The notes: generated from the sequence alone by a model not told the origin. DNA of 64,000 bases from Antedon mediterranea (GCF_964355755.1 NC_092680.1:22081045-22145044); one strand, 5' to 3'; positions 27,501 to 42,500 are shown, counted from the stretch's first letter. Numbers and translations: made by a program.

Positions 27501-30500
27501 AAAGTCATTTGCTGTAATGAATCCTTCTTACGGTTTTGGAAAGAAGCAATTACTACACTGGTAATTTTCATAGCTAATAAATATTAACAGTTTTTATAGC
27601 CTTTCTGGCCTATTTTCTATTTCATAATTTGTTTCGTGCAACTAAATTTGTCAAATTATATATAATTATAGATTAGGGGGTGAGGGGTGGGATAAATATT
27701 TAATAAATGATAAAAACAAGAGCCATTATTTTATTTTAAAAACCTAAATCCGCTCCTGGTATGTATGTTAATGTATGATAAGCTATTAATTGTATTTATT
27801 ATTTTCCAGGATGGACAGAAGGCAGCATTACAGTATTATATAAAAACACTACATGGACAACGAGCACCAAAAAGAGTTAGGTTGTTGTGTGATATGCTTG
27901 CACTTGCAGTTGAAAAGAAAGTTATTCCTGCAAAGTGAGTTGTTAACAGAGTTAGGTTGTTGTGTGATATGCTTGCAGTTTAAAAGAAAGTTATTCCTGC
28001 AAAGTGAGTTGTTAACAGAGTTAGGTTGTTGTGTGATATGCTTGCAGTTTAAAAGAAAGTTATTCCCGCAAAGTGAGTTGTTAAAAGAGTTAGGTTGTTG
28101 TGTGATATGCTTGCACTTGCAGTTGAAAAGAAAGTTATTCCTGCTAAGTGAGTTGTTAAAAGAGTTAGGTTGTTGTGTCATATGCTTGCACTTGCAGTTG
28201 AAAAGAAAGTTATTCCTGCTAAGTGAGTTGTTAACAGAGTTAGGTTGTTGTGTGATATGCTTGCACTTGCAGTTGAAAAGAAAGTTATTCCTGCTAAGTG
28301 AGTTGTTAAAAGAGTTAGGTTGTTGTGTGATATGCTTGCACTTGCAGTTGAAAAGAAAGTTATTCCTGCTAAGTGAGTTTGTTAACAGAGTTAGGTTGTT
28401 ATGGTTCGGGCGAACCCCCCCTTTACAGCGAACCCCCCTTAACCGACTGCGAACCCCCATTCCCGACATGCCCAATACCTCACCCTCATCTCCAAAAATC
28501 CTCCAAATACGTGCCCCACAGTACAAAAAGTTGTTTGTAAATTGAAAAATTCGTAAACTTGTTCGTGAACCTTCTTCTCTGTATGAGCGTCAACTAGCGA
28601 TACGTGTCTGTAAATTTCTAAAAGCTGCAAATGAATTGCCGATTTTAACCTGAAAAATAAATGTTTGGTCCCTGCATGTAACATGATATTGACGCGTCTC
28701 ATAGCGAACTGGGGCACGAACGATTCGTACAAAGGACACCGCCAGACAACTGCGTACCTATAATTGTTTAGATCACTGGCAGTCAGGCAGCATGCATAAA
28801 GTATAGCCTTCCGACGTACATCAGTATTTATGTGTGACTATGAAGTATAATGTATCATAGAGGATTATAGTGAATATTAATATTTTACACTATAATATCT
28901 ATGGTATCAAGTACTGTAGTTCACATTATGGCATCCGATTATTTTTTTCTAGACCACCAGCCGATACGTACTAAAATGTATCAATATCACCTATTTAAAT
29001 ATTTATATTCCTCAACAAATTGCTGTAAATAAATATTATAGATAGAGCTAGCAAATAGCATTTGCCTTCAACCAGTGTGCTTTTTTCGGGGCTGCTCCTA
29101 GATGTATGTTCGCATTGAACTTGAACGCAAAACAAAATACGGAGTAAATGATCAAACAATCGGCGGTTCCGCACAGAGCACGCGCATCTAACATACGGCA
29201 ACAAATAGTTATTGTCCTTTAAATTATCGACGTGTTTGAGAAGGAGGAAAAAAGTACGATCTTTTTGCTCATTGGTAGCATGCTGCACGAGAGTGTCTTT
29301 TCCGGCCATCTAGGGGTGTCATTTAACAAAATTCGCTTCGCATCAGGCCCCACCCCCAGGGGGGGGGGGGGGGGGTTGACCCAAATATTTAGTGTCCGAA
29401 CCCTCCCTTGACAGATCCTGGCTACGGCCCTGTGTGATATGCTTGCACTTGCAGTTGAAAAGAAATTTATTCCGGCAAAGTGAGTTGTTAACAGAGTTAG
29501 GTTGTTGTGTGATATGCTTGCAGTTGAAAAGAAAGTTATTCCTGCAAAGTGAGTTGTTAACAGAGTTAGGTTGTTGTGTGATATGCTTGCACTTGCAGTT
29601 GAAAAGAAATTTATTCCTGCAAAGTGAGTTGTTAACAGAGTTAGGTTGTTGTGTGATATGCTTGCAGTTGAAAAGAAAGTTATTCCCGCAAAGTGAGTTG
29701 TTAAAAGAGTTAGGTTGTTGTGTGATATGCTTGCACTTGCAGTTGAAAAGAAAGTTATTCCTGCAAAGTGAGTTGTTAACAGAGTTAGGTTGTTGTGTGA
29801 TATGCTTGCAGTTGAAAAGAAAGTTAATCCTGCAAATTGAGTTGTTAATTCAGAGTTAGGTTGTTGTGTGATATGCTTGCAGTTGAAAAGAAATTTATTC
29901 CTGCAAAGTGAGTTTTAATAATTCCCAATGGCTTCCAAAAAATAGGCTTTAAATGGTATTCTTATATAGTGCCTAATACAATAATTAATAAGAAATATCA
30001 CATAAGAAATGAGTAAAAACAACAATATAATTGTACAAATAATTCATTATACATCATTGATCAATTTTCTTAGTGTATTGGTTATGTTTTTATCATTATT
30101 ATGTCTTATTTTAAGGTTGATTTGTGAAGAGCTTCTTTTATCAGACAAACTAGACTTCAAGAGTACAGACACTTGGTGCCAAACATTCTTACTTATCAAG
30201 AAAATCATTGTGTTTGTTGACTATAAGGTAAGCATAACAATTGGCTATTCATAACTAAAAGCATTTCAGTAATTGATCCCTGTAATTATATTACTGTGCT
30301 TTTTTATAGGGATGTCGTGACCTTTGGAATCTTATTCTGGATAAAACGTTGAGTATTCCAAAGAATGTCAACGTTTCCACTGCTAAGAAATTGGAAACTC
30401 TTACAAAGGTATTATTGCATTTCTATATTGTAATACTATACTCCATTGGTACACTTTGATAACTTGACCATTTTATCTGTTAATGGCCTCTCATTACCAT

Positions 30501-33500
30501 GATACTTCTGTTTATGTTTTATTTTCATAACTTGACCATTTTATCTGTTAATGGCCTCTCATTACCATGATACTTCTGTTTATGTTTTATTTTCATAACT
30601 TGACCATTTTATCTGTTAATGGCCTCTCATTACCATGATGCTTCTGTTTATGTTTTATTTCTGCACTGTATATGTTTTTATTTTAGGTGATTTCTCAAAT
30701 ACTTGATCGTAATTCATGTTTGTTGCCAAGTTATTTTGCAGTAAATGAAATAATGAAGTCATCATCTGACGAGCCAAACTCAAACCATTGGGTAAGAATT
30801 GTGTAGTATCTTCTATAAAAACCAATTCTAACTAATTATTTTGTTCAACTGCCTTCACTATGCTTAATATAAAAAAACAACAAAATTGAGTGCAAACTGT
30901 CCTCCATGATATAAATGTATTTACACTGCGTGTCATGATTAAAATTCAGTTTAGATGGAGGTCTGTGCATTATATATTCCTTAACTTATTTGGTTTCATT
31001 TTGTGTGTAAATCACAACATCTCTCACAATACAGGAATATATCAACACAACAATAATAAATATGCACTAATCGCATTTGTTTAACTCTTAAAGCTATTGT
31101 AGATCACAATAATAAAACATATAAAATGGCTAAAAATAATGTAAAAATATGATTACCAAACAGGTATGTTCTTTTTTATTTTTAGCTGATTGGCGATGTG
31201 CTGGCTAGATTTGTTGACAGTTTTAGACAGACAGCAAGAATGGTTTCAATCACAGGTAAGTTGTTTTTACAGGTGTCCCTTTAAATTAATTTATTTTTTG
31301 GTTTTCTTTTAAAATTTATCCTGTAGAGATCAGAATTAATTTTAAATAAGTTTTTAACAGGACGCTCAAAACTCCTACCAATTGTGGGTCACTCAAGTTC
31401 AATTGGAAACGCTTGGAAGTTGGAACAATCAACTTTAAGATTCCCACTGAAAGGAATGCTTCCTTATGACAAAGTAAGTTTACAATCAACTTTAAGATTT
31501 CCACTGAAAGGAATGCTTCCTTATGACAAAGTAAGTTTACAATCAACTTTAAGATTTCCACTGAAAGGAATGCTTGAATATGATAAAGTAAGTTTACAAT
31601 CAACTTTAAGATTTCCACTGAAAGGAATGCTTCAATATGATAAAGTAAGTTTACAATCAACTTTAAGATTTCCACTGATAGGAATGCTTCCTTTTGACAA
31701 AGTAAGTTTACAATCAACTTTAAGATTTCCACTGAAAGGAATGCTTGAATATGATAAAGTAAGTTTACAATCAACTTTAAGATTTCCACTGAAAGGAATG
31801 CTTGAATATGATAAAGTAAGTTTACAATCAACTTTAAGATTTCCACTGAAAGGAATGCTTGAATATGATAAAGTAAGTTTACAATCAACTTTAAGATTTC
31901 CACTGAAAGGAATGCTTGAATATGATAAAGTAAGTTTACAATCAACTTTAAGATTTCCACTGAAAGGAATGCTTCAATATGATAAAGTAAGTTTACAATC
32001 AACTTTAAGATTTCCACTGAAAGGAATGCTTCCTTATGACAAAGTAAGTTTACAATCAACTTTAAGATTTCCACTGAAAGGAATGCTTTCTTATGACAAA
32101 GTAATATTTATAACAATAAATAAAGTTGTTCATTTAAGTGTAAATGCTTGACCTTTAATATCTAATTATATATCATTTTTCGATTTTCTATCTAGGAGTT
32201 CCTTGAACCACAAAAATGTCTATTGAGATATGTTCTAGAACAGCCATATTCAAGAGACATGATATGTAGTATTTTAGACCTCAACAAACAGGTACTTAAA
32301 TGTATAAAATAAATTAAAAAAAACATTTGAAATGCATCTCTTCTCTTTACAATGTTTATTTTTTATAACATTTTTTTGAAATTGACTTTTTTTAACACTT
32401 GTCTGTAAATAATATTATGATTCTTTTATAAGGCGTTTTAATCTAAACCTTTTTAACTACAGGCATGTGAAGCTGATACCTATTTATTATATATTTTGTT
32501 TGTCATCAGCAAAAACAAAGGTGTACAGTATTAGAGGAGCAGTTAGTAGATATGTTAATATTAGCCATGGACAAAATGGAAAAAGAAGTAGCAACAAACA
32601 CATTAGATCAAATCTCAACTGAACTGTTATGGCGCCACCTATCAAGTCAGGTTATCTTCTTTGTGCTTTTTCAATTTGCTGGATTTCCTCAAATGGTTGA
32701 AACTTTAATTAAAAAGGTAAATATTAATTTTTCCATTTAGGTATTAATAAATTGATAAAGTTGCATCATACATTGTATTTGTTTAATGTACCTCAATATA
32801 TTACATCTATTAAACATTTTATATTTAGCCTTGATTCATAAGCTTTGTTTTCTAACAGTTGAGCAAGAACCCAATGTTAAGAGGACGTGACCATTTGATG
32901 TGGGTTCTTTTGCAAATAGTGTCTGGCAGTATTAAGAAGAATCCAGTGAGTGATTTTGTCACGGTTTTGAATCTCTTTGATCTGCTTTACCCAGAACGAG
33001 AGGTAAACATAATTTGTTGATTTTATGGATAAATATAATTTAATTTTTTTCAAATGGTGTTTCATACATTTTACCTTTTTTAAGAAGAAATATATCCATT
33101 TGCAGATTATTAATATATCCATTTGCAGATTATTAATATATCCATTTGCAGATTATTAATATATCCATTTGCAGATTATTTTTTATTGTATTAATAGCCT
33201 TTGCCACTGCCAGATTTAAAAAATCCCAACTGTATGATACAGTTTGCAGTAACTTGTATCTGGATTCATCTAGCCCAGAAGGAACCTATTAAAAGACCTA
33301 CACCACCAGCTCTTAAGCATCATCTTGAGTAAGTATCTAAATTGTTCTGTTTTTTACCTGAATCAACTAAAAAGTCATTTTTATTTTATTGAAAATGGAA
33401 TTCTGCCACTGCTAGTAGAAAAGAAAAAGAAATGAAGTTGTTAGCCAATTTAATATTTCTTTTGAGGAAAGTATGATAGATATGATCATGATTCTGGCAT

Positions 33501-36500
33501 GGTTTGTTTGCTCAAAATGGATTCACTCATAATTTTATGTATCCGTGATTTGTTTTATTTCTGCCTTTCAGATATATTCAGCAAATCCGTAATAGCAATG
33601 AAGTCCATATGTCAAGAGTAGCTCTTGCCTGTAATGCATGTAAGTAACATTGAATTAGATTAGTTCGTAATGCATAGTAATGAGATATTCTCTGCAATGC
33701 ATGTGAGGTCACCAGGGGAAGCAAACAAATGCCAGGGTAACCTAGCTTCTGCTATAAGTTTAGCCATTCTATACAGTCAATGTAAATATTCATTTTACTG
33801 ATTATTTCATGCACTCAGTATTCATAAAACATACAGTACATTGAAAGATTGTTTTTTCTTCAGACAGTACAAATGCAGAATACTTCAATAAACCAATAAA
33901 AATATTGTCAGCTCTAACAACTACACCTCTCTCAATGGCTTTGCTTGACTCACTCACTGTTCATGCTAAAATGAGGTATGTTTTTCAGAATGCATATAAA
34001 ACAATCTGTTATGGGTGCTGTTCAATAGTAATAACACTTACAGTGGCTGCCCTTGTATACTGGGTGACCACTTCAGTCAAAGACTCGTCTCCCAGAGAGC
34101 CCAGTTATGATCAGTGGTTGTGAGTGAGAGTGGCTGTGTGTGTACTAGTAACCCCCTACTTGTCTCGAAAATGTACTAGGTTGTTTAAAGTGCACAACAT
34201 AAGCGAGATGTGTACACTGGACCTACGGTTTATAGTCCTTGAAGGAAAAGTCACAATTTATCTTTACTCATCCTGTATTATGCATTGTTTCATTGCTTTT
34301 TAGTTTGTTACACAACATTGTTACCAAAATAATGACAATGGCAAAACACCAGCAGACAATTACGCACTCTATCCCAGCTGTGTTGATTGAAACATACAGT
34401 AGGCTACTTGTGTACATGGAAATAGAATCACTTGGAATTAAAGGCTATATAAGTAAGTGCTTAGTTTAACTTAATATAATGATAATAATTAAACAGCACA
34501 CTAATCCCCAGTGTCTTGATAGTTTGAGATATCAATGTATGTATGTTTAATTTCAGATCAGTTGCTATCTACTATTAAGGAACATCATGCTTGGGGTATT
34601 CTACACACAATGCTTGAAATGTTTAGTTATCGGTTACATCATGTTCAGCCACAATACAGGATTCAACTGCTCTTATCACTCCATGCTTTTAACAGTATGC
34701 CACAAACCAACCAAAATCAGCTTTACCTATGGTACTTATTTATACTTTGGTTTTTTTTTAAAGTATTCTAATGTTTAACATTTTGTGTCTTATAAAGATA
34801 AAACAATGTAATAAATAAATTTATAACTTTTCGGTAAACCAATTGTCAAATACTTACTTGCTACGTTTCGGCTATTTTCAGTAGCCTTGGTCACGCAAAA
34901 GACTCTGAGATGATCTGTCATTCGTCATAGCTTGGTGATTTGCGCCATCACAATTGGTTTACCGAAAAGTTAAAAATGTATTTATAAAATATTAATTTGA
35001 AACCAGATACAATTTTTCAAGAAGATAAAACAAAATCATTGGTTCATGTTTATCATATTCTTTATACAGAAGCTCAGAATATCACAGATGGATTAGTTTT
35101 AACTGTGTGACTTTAAATATTTTATTAGTATTGAAAGTACAGCCCTTCAGCTTATCACTGGATTAGGTAGCACGGAGGTACAACCACAACTGTCACGATT
35201 CTTAACAGAACCAAACCAGTTACTGTCATTGGAATCTGAAGAATTGAATAGAGCTCTTGTCCTGTCTCTGGCACGAGCCATGCATATTACAGGTAGGTTG
35301 CTTGGATGTAAACAAAATACTGATTATATCTGAAATAACTACACATTTGTATTGTACTTCAATCTTACTAACTTAGGCTGTTTTTTGTACCTTTTTTCCT
35401 GATATTCAATTTACTATTTTCAGGATCAGAAACATTATCAAGCAATTGGTGCCAGGATATCCTAGCTAAACTGATGTCAAACACTGCTCACAGTTGGGCT
35501 CAGCATACTCTTGAATGCTTTCCTACAGCTCTCAACCAGTTCTTTCAACAAAACCCATACAATAGTGAGAATAGAGCTATTTTGAAGAGGAATGTAGATG
35601 AAGAATACAGGGTTTGGAAGTGTATGTATGCACTTTTTCTATTATGTAAATTATACTGTATGTATACACTTTTTCTATTATGTAAATTATACTGTATGTA
35701 TACACTTTTTATGTAAATTATACTATAACTTTGATGTTTTTGAATTATTTTTGTTGAACCATTTACAGCTATGAATAATGATGCTGATCTAGTGAAGCAT
35801 TTCACAGCTGAAAATCGTCCACCAATGTTTTTATGGTAAGTTATTTCTCTTCCACCCTATTCCACTTATATTCCCAGTTTACTGGACTTTCTGCATGCTG
35901 CACTCCTGCGGACGATCAAAGTATATTGATTGAAACGTCGAGAAACACAACACTTCTTTTCAGAACTAATATACGTGGTGTACTGCAAACTTTATATCAA
36001 AATTTGATTTCACCATGCAAACCTTCAAACAATATTAAGATCTTTCTCAATGTATATCGTGCTATCTATGTATATATCTGATAACTCTATACACATCAGC
36101 AGAACCTGTAGTCAACTGTATTGAACATTCTGTATTTATGATTAGTGTTCTGTGGAAGATGTTATTGCAATCTGATCAACTACGTCCTGTTATCATCAAG
36201 ATATTAGAAACAATTGGACCTCGTATGATTTCCAAACACATTCGTCTGTTTACCGATTATCTTGTCTTTGAATTCTCCAATTCAGTTGGCAGTCAACATG
36301 TTAATAAGGTATGCAACTCATTGGTTTTAATTGTTTTCTAAAAAGATTTTGTGATGATTTGATTGATAGATTGATTATGATCTTTCATTTGAGTAGAATA
36401 CTGTATGTAAGTGAACTGGATAAATGAGAAAATAGATGACGAGAATTACAATTCTATTTTGTATGATTAATGTATTATTGGTTTATTCTTTTAGTGCATT

Positions 36501-39500
36501 GAGACACTCAATGATTTGGTTTGGAAGTTAAATGTAGTGACTCTTGATCGACTTATTCTCAGTTTGGCAAGTATTATTCAAAACTTTTATTTATTCATTC
36601 CTTCATATGGTTATTTACTTATATTTAAACTTATACTTATTACTTTGTCTTAATCTTTTAGGCTTTGGGAAACTTATACTTATTGCTTTGTCTTAATCTG
36701 TTAGGCTTTGGGAAACCATGAAGGCAATGAAGCCCAAGTATGCTTCTTCATCATTCAACTGCTACTTTACTTATATTTAAACTTATACTTATTACTTTGT
36801 CTTAATCTGTTAGGCTTTGGGAAACCATGAAGGCAATGAAGCCCAAGTATGCTTCTTCATCATTCAACTGCTACTTTACTTATATTTAAACTTATACTTA
36901 TTACTTTGTCTTAATCTGTTAGGCTTTGGGAAACCATGAAGGCAATGAAGCCCAAGTATGCTTCTTCATCATTCAACTGCTCCTTCTGAAACCAAATGAA
37001 TTTAGAAATCGAGTGGCTGAGTTTGTTAAACTTTCACCAGATCATTGGTTGGATAATGACTGGCACAATCACCATGTTACTTTTAACCAGGTGTGTATTT
37101 GCTTTTTTTGTTATGTTAGTCGTCCTATAACTTTACAGCCATGGTCAGTTGATTTGCATGTATCCAAGTGTAGTGATTCTAAAGCTTTAGTAAATGTTCA
37201 TGCATATTTTTCACATTTTTCATTGCAAGCTAAATAATATGTATGTGTTGTTACAGAGATTTCCTGAGAAGTTCTTTTTTGAAGGATTATATGAAGCAAC
37301 AAGAACACAAATGGCAAACCCACCGACGTACTTGCCAACATACTTTGTAAATGTTTGCCTTCGATTCCTCACTGTATGTTGTATTTTGTTTTTCATCTTA
37401 ATAAACCAAATTACAATTTTATGTTTATAAATAACTTTTTGCAGTAATATAAATTTTATGAATTTGTATAAATATTTTTGTACCAGGTTTTTGACATCGT
37501 TATCCATCGTTTCTTGGAACTTCCACCGGTCTCAAAGTCTTTAGAGACTCTGTTGGACCATCTTGGCTCACTTTACAAGTTTCATGGTAAAAAACTATAT
37601 TATACAAATAATGAATGTTTATGAGTGCAATGGTACAAATAATGGCACGAGGTGAATGATGAAAGGTTATATCAACGAGGCAAAGCCGAGTTGATATAAC
37701 CTTTCATCATTCACCAAGTGCCATTATTTGTACCATTACACGAATACAAAACATTCATTATTTGTTTTATATAACATCTAGACGTTTTTTTTTCGTACAC
37801 AAAAATGTTTCAAAAAGTACTATTTAACGATCGTTGAATAGTGCGTACTATTGCACGCCATGTGACCCACATTCGTCCAATCAAATGACAGGAATTTATA
37901 TAGGTGTTATATAAAATGGTTTAGTTGTCTAAGATAGAGACACTGTAAATACTGTAGGTGGCATGTCAGTTTTGAGTAGGCTTTAGTTTATTGTTATTGG
38001 TTATATCTATTTTGTGTATTAAATGTGTGTGAGGGTTTGATTGAAATATATGTTTAATTTGTTTACAGCTCGACCTATTACCTATTTGTATAATACACTT
38101 CATTACTATGAAAAGAAAGTTAAAGATCGTCCATTGATGAAGAAGAAACTTGTTGGATCAATCACCGGATCTTTGAAGGAAATACGCCCCCAAGGATGGT
38201 TAGTTGGTCAACTTATTCATTAAAAATAATTAAGAATAGTTCAAATTCGTTTTACTGCTTTCTGTCTTTGAAAGCTATAATATAACTTAAAGACTGTTTG
38301 TTTCTATTTTAGGTGCTTAACTAAGGATTTTAATGATTATCTTGGTAGACCAGGAGATGAAAGTTGGGTTCCACCTCAAGAATATTACCACAAACTGATT
38401 GCCAGATTGGTTGACAATATCCTTTCAAAATATGAATGGTTGTAATTGTATGTATATCATTCTTAGTTGCTAGTAGCATAGAGTAACTTATGCTTTGTTG
38501 CTCGTATTGAACTGGGTATGTAGTATACTATTGAATTACGTTGCTTTCTTTAACTGTTGTTTACCTATTTCTGGTGATATACCTGAAGCCTTTAAAGGAT
38601 GTGATTGGAGATTTAATGAATTCCCAAATGCCTCTTGCCATGCATTACATGTTACTTGTATTGAGTTGATGGCTTTATCTCCTCAGAGTGTTACTATTAG
38701 TAATGCTCTTCTTGATGTTGTCTTGAAAACGTATGTATACACAAAGTACACTTGATGTTAATTGTACAATAGATTGCTGAAGTTTATAAATGCTCAGCAG
38801 TAATGGCCAAGTAGCTCATTTTATGCTATTTGTGTACAAAACGCCATTCTTTTAGGTATTTATCAATTGACTATCCTTCTAAACAATTTTTTATTTATAT
38901 ATGTTTTTCATTTAGCTATTAATTTTCTCTCTTTTTTAACCAGTCCATGTGAAATACCACGTGATAAACTTATGATGTGGATTAATGCTGTTGCCTTGGT
39001 GATGACCTCACTACCTGTAAGTTGATTAAGTAGTGGTTAATGTATTATGAAATCTAAGGTAAACAATTCAAACATGTTGACTAATACAAACACTGGTAAT
39101 GTATTTTCTATAATTGAAGAGAATATAAACATTTTAAAGATGATGTTTAACTTATCACAAGATTGATCTTAAGAATAAGTACATTACAAACATATAGGAA
39201 TTTGTTTCCTCAATTTTCTATATTGTAATAGATACTGTATATTTCATACTCTGTTTCTGCTGCCTTTTCCATTGAATTGTAACTGTTTCAGATCATCTAG
39301 GCAGAGTTAAATCTTGATAAAATATATAAAATGAATTAATTAAAAGTTATTTTAAGGCCTGTTTCTACTGAAAAATTTCAAAAGATTGGTATTACGTTTA
39401 TTGCTTAAACTAGATGGCACGCTCGCTTCGCTCGCGTACCATCTAGGTCGTGCCCACAGATGGTTCTCGAATACACAGTATTTCCAGCGAGAAAAAAATG

Positions 39501-42500
39501 GAGATTTCAAATGTACGTACTGCCGGACTATAATACATTGTCGTTTACAGAAACGAATAAATATACACAATGATTTATGTAGTCAGCTAAAATTAGCACC
39601 CTGGGAACAGTAGGGCCTACCCACATTCACAGTAATAAAGTTTATTTGTATATATTTTTATATTACATCTAACAGTACCAACACTCACAGTAAGAAATTT
39701 GCGATTCAAATTGCGATCAAAAGTGGTTAATACCTTAACAGTATTGTACAGCATTGCAATACTATTTATGTTTATTCTCCAAGGGGGCCCATAAATCTAA
39801 ATCTATACCTCTATGGTTAAACCAAATAATTTGGAATGTTTATTTGTATATTATATGTTTATAATCTAACAGTAGGGCCTACCCACACTCACAGTAATAA
39901 AGTTTATTTGTATATATTTTTATATTACATCTAACAGTACCAACACTCACAGTAAGAAATTTGCGATTCAAATTGCGATCAAAAGTGGTTAATACCTTAA
40001 CAGTATTGTACAGCATTGCAATACTATTTATGTTTATTCTCCAAGGGGGCCCATAAATCTAAATCTATACCTGTATGGTTAAACCAAATAATTTGGAATG
40101 TTCCATTCATCACAAATCAATACATTTGTAAAAACGTATATTAAATGTATCAAAATAGTATTTTTTAAAGAAAATCGGCCTGTCTTCAACATTATGATGG
40201 TGTACTCTAGCTGTTCAACCGGTTTTCAGCTATTAAAAACAATTATCGTAGGAGGAGATAGGAAAATGCGAAGCCTCCTCGCATTTTTGTGGCGGGTATT
40301 TTTCAAGATGGACATCCATTATACAGTGTATACCACGGTCGGAAAACACCCCTATTTGGGGCAAATCTTGGAACCTAAATTCGTTTTAACCGTCAATAAC
40401 TTATTATCTAACTTAATTTAATTAGTAAACAGGGTTACATCAGGTGGTTAAAATCAGTACCGAAAGTACGAACCAACTTTATATACCATCGAGTAAAAAT
40501 TATAGAAGTAAGGCGCGATTTACCGAATTTTGCCCTTACGTAAATTTATATATAGAAGAATGTTTTTTAAACTGGTAATTGAAGCTATAGACCAGAATCA
40601 CTTAGAAGTTTTTTAAAGTCTTTTTTGTGGCCCCATTTCTGCTGGCAAGGATTTCGGTATTTTAAATCTGCTTGCTCAGCAGAAACAGGCCCTATCGCAT
40701 ATTGTATTATGTTAATAAGAGTCCATTGCTATAATAGGAAGGATTCTAAATAAGTTAAAAATTCTTGCATTAACTGAACTGATTTTGTTTATATATCCCT
40801 GTTATGCTACACTGAACAGTTTTAATGAGTTTTAAAATGATTAAATTTTGCAGGATTCGTACTTGTCAGTGCTAAACAACCGTATCCTGGAGACTCTCAA
40901 AAGCCCGTTGCTAAATGGTGCAAGCAGGCCAGTTCAAGGTCTGTTTGCAACCTTTGATTTTGCCTCTGCGCATACATCATTCAGTGAAGCTCCATGTTCA
41001 TATGTCTTAGCATTAACCCATGCTGTATGGTTACACTCTAGTATTGGACAGCTCACACTCCTACCACAGTAAGTGCACAATTGTGTTATTTACTGCATCA
41101 TTTCACACTCCTACCACAGTAAGTGCACAATTTGGTTATTTACTGCATCATTTCACACTCCTACCACAGTAAGTGCACAATTGTGTTATTTACTGCATCA
41201 TTTCACACTCCTACCACAGTAAGTGCACAATTTGGTTATTTACTGCATCATTTCACACTCCTACCACAGTAAGTGCACAATTTGGTTATTTACTGCATCA
41301 TTTCACACTCCTACCACAGTAAGTGCACAATTGTGTTATTTACTGCATCATTTCACACTCCTACCACAGTAAGTGCACAATTTGGTTATTTACTGCATCA
41401 TTTCACACTCCTACCACAGTAAGTGCACAATTTGGTTATTTACTGCATCATTTCACACTCCTACCACAGTAAGTGCACAATTGTGTTATTTACTGCATCA
41501 TTTCACACTCCTACCACAGTAAGTGCACAATTTGGTTATTTACTGCATCATTTCACACTCCTACCACAGTAAGTGCACAATTGTGTTATTTACTGCATCA
41601 TTTCACACTCCTACCACAGTAAGTGCACAATTTGGTTATTTACTGCATCATTTCACACTCCTACCACAGTAAGTGCACAATTTGGTTATTTACTGCATCA
41701 TTTCACACTCCTACCACAGTAAGTGCACAATTGTGTTATTTACTGCATCATTTCACACTCCTACCACAGTAAGTGCACAATTTGGTTATTTACTGCATCA
41801 TTTCACACTCCTACCACAGTAAGTGCACAATAGAGAGAAATGGCGAACCGCGATGACGTCACTCAAATTTCACCGAGTGGGTATAGATTGTAAACAAACC
41901 ATTTCGCCACATGTTTTTGTATGGGAAATTCCGATGGGTTGAGTTAAAAAGGAAGGTAGAAAAGAACGTTTAAAACACACATAATAGCAGTATCTTTTTT
42001 TTTTGCAACACCCTTAACAATTTTAATGTTATATGGGCAAATCTTAACATATTTTATTTTAATTTGGATTGAATTAAGATGCGTTTTTGTTATATACTGT
42101 ACCCAGCTCTAGGCCCTAGATAGTTGGCCTGTATGCTGTAGTACCTCGAGCCTAGCACGGATTATCGGTTATTATAATAATAATAATATTGGAAATTCGT
42201 TATTGCATACTGTACTACTACTACTACTTTAGCTAGGGTGCTGCTAGGCCTCTCCTAGCTAGGTAGTAAGACTAAATAGAGCATCTCTAGTAGATGTAGG
42301 CCTAGCATTAGTTTCAGCTTGACAACTGCCATTTTGTTATGTGGCTAGTGATGCTTCCTGCAGGGGGGTCTACCGCCAGTAATGAATACTTGATAACACC
42401 ATTCTACTATAATACTATATAGGCCTAGTCTAATGTAGACCTACAGATATGAGATATTTTTAGGAATATGATTGTGAATGATGGATGACTTGTATACATA

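Noticed and set aside
27849-29859. Cys-rich repeat ORFs on both strands
   Set aside because: Off-frame readings of the 75/69-bp array. The true MED23 frame stops at TGA after the first donor.
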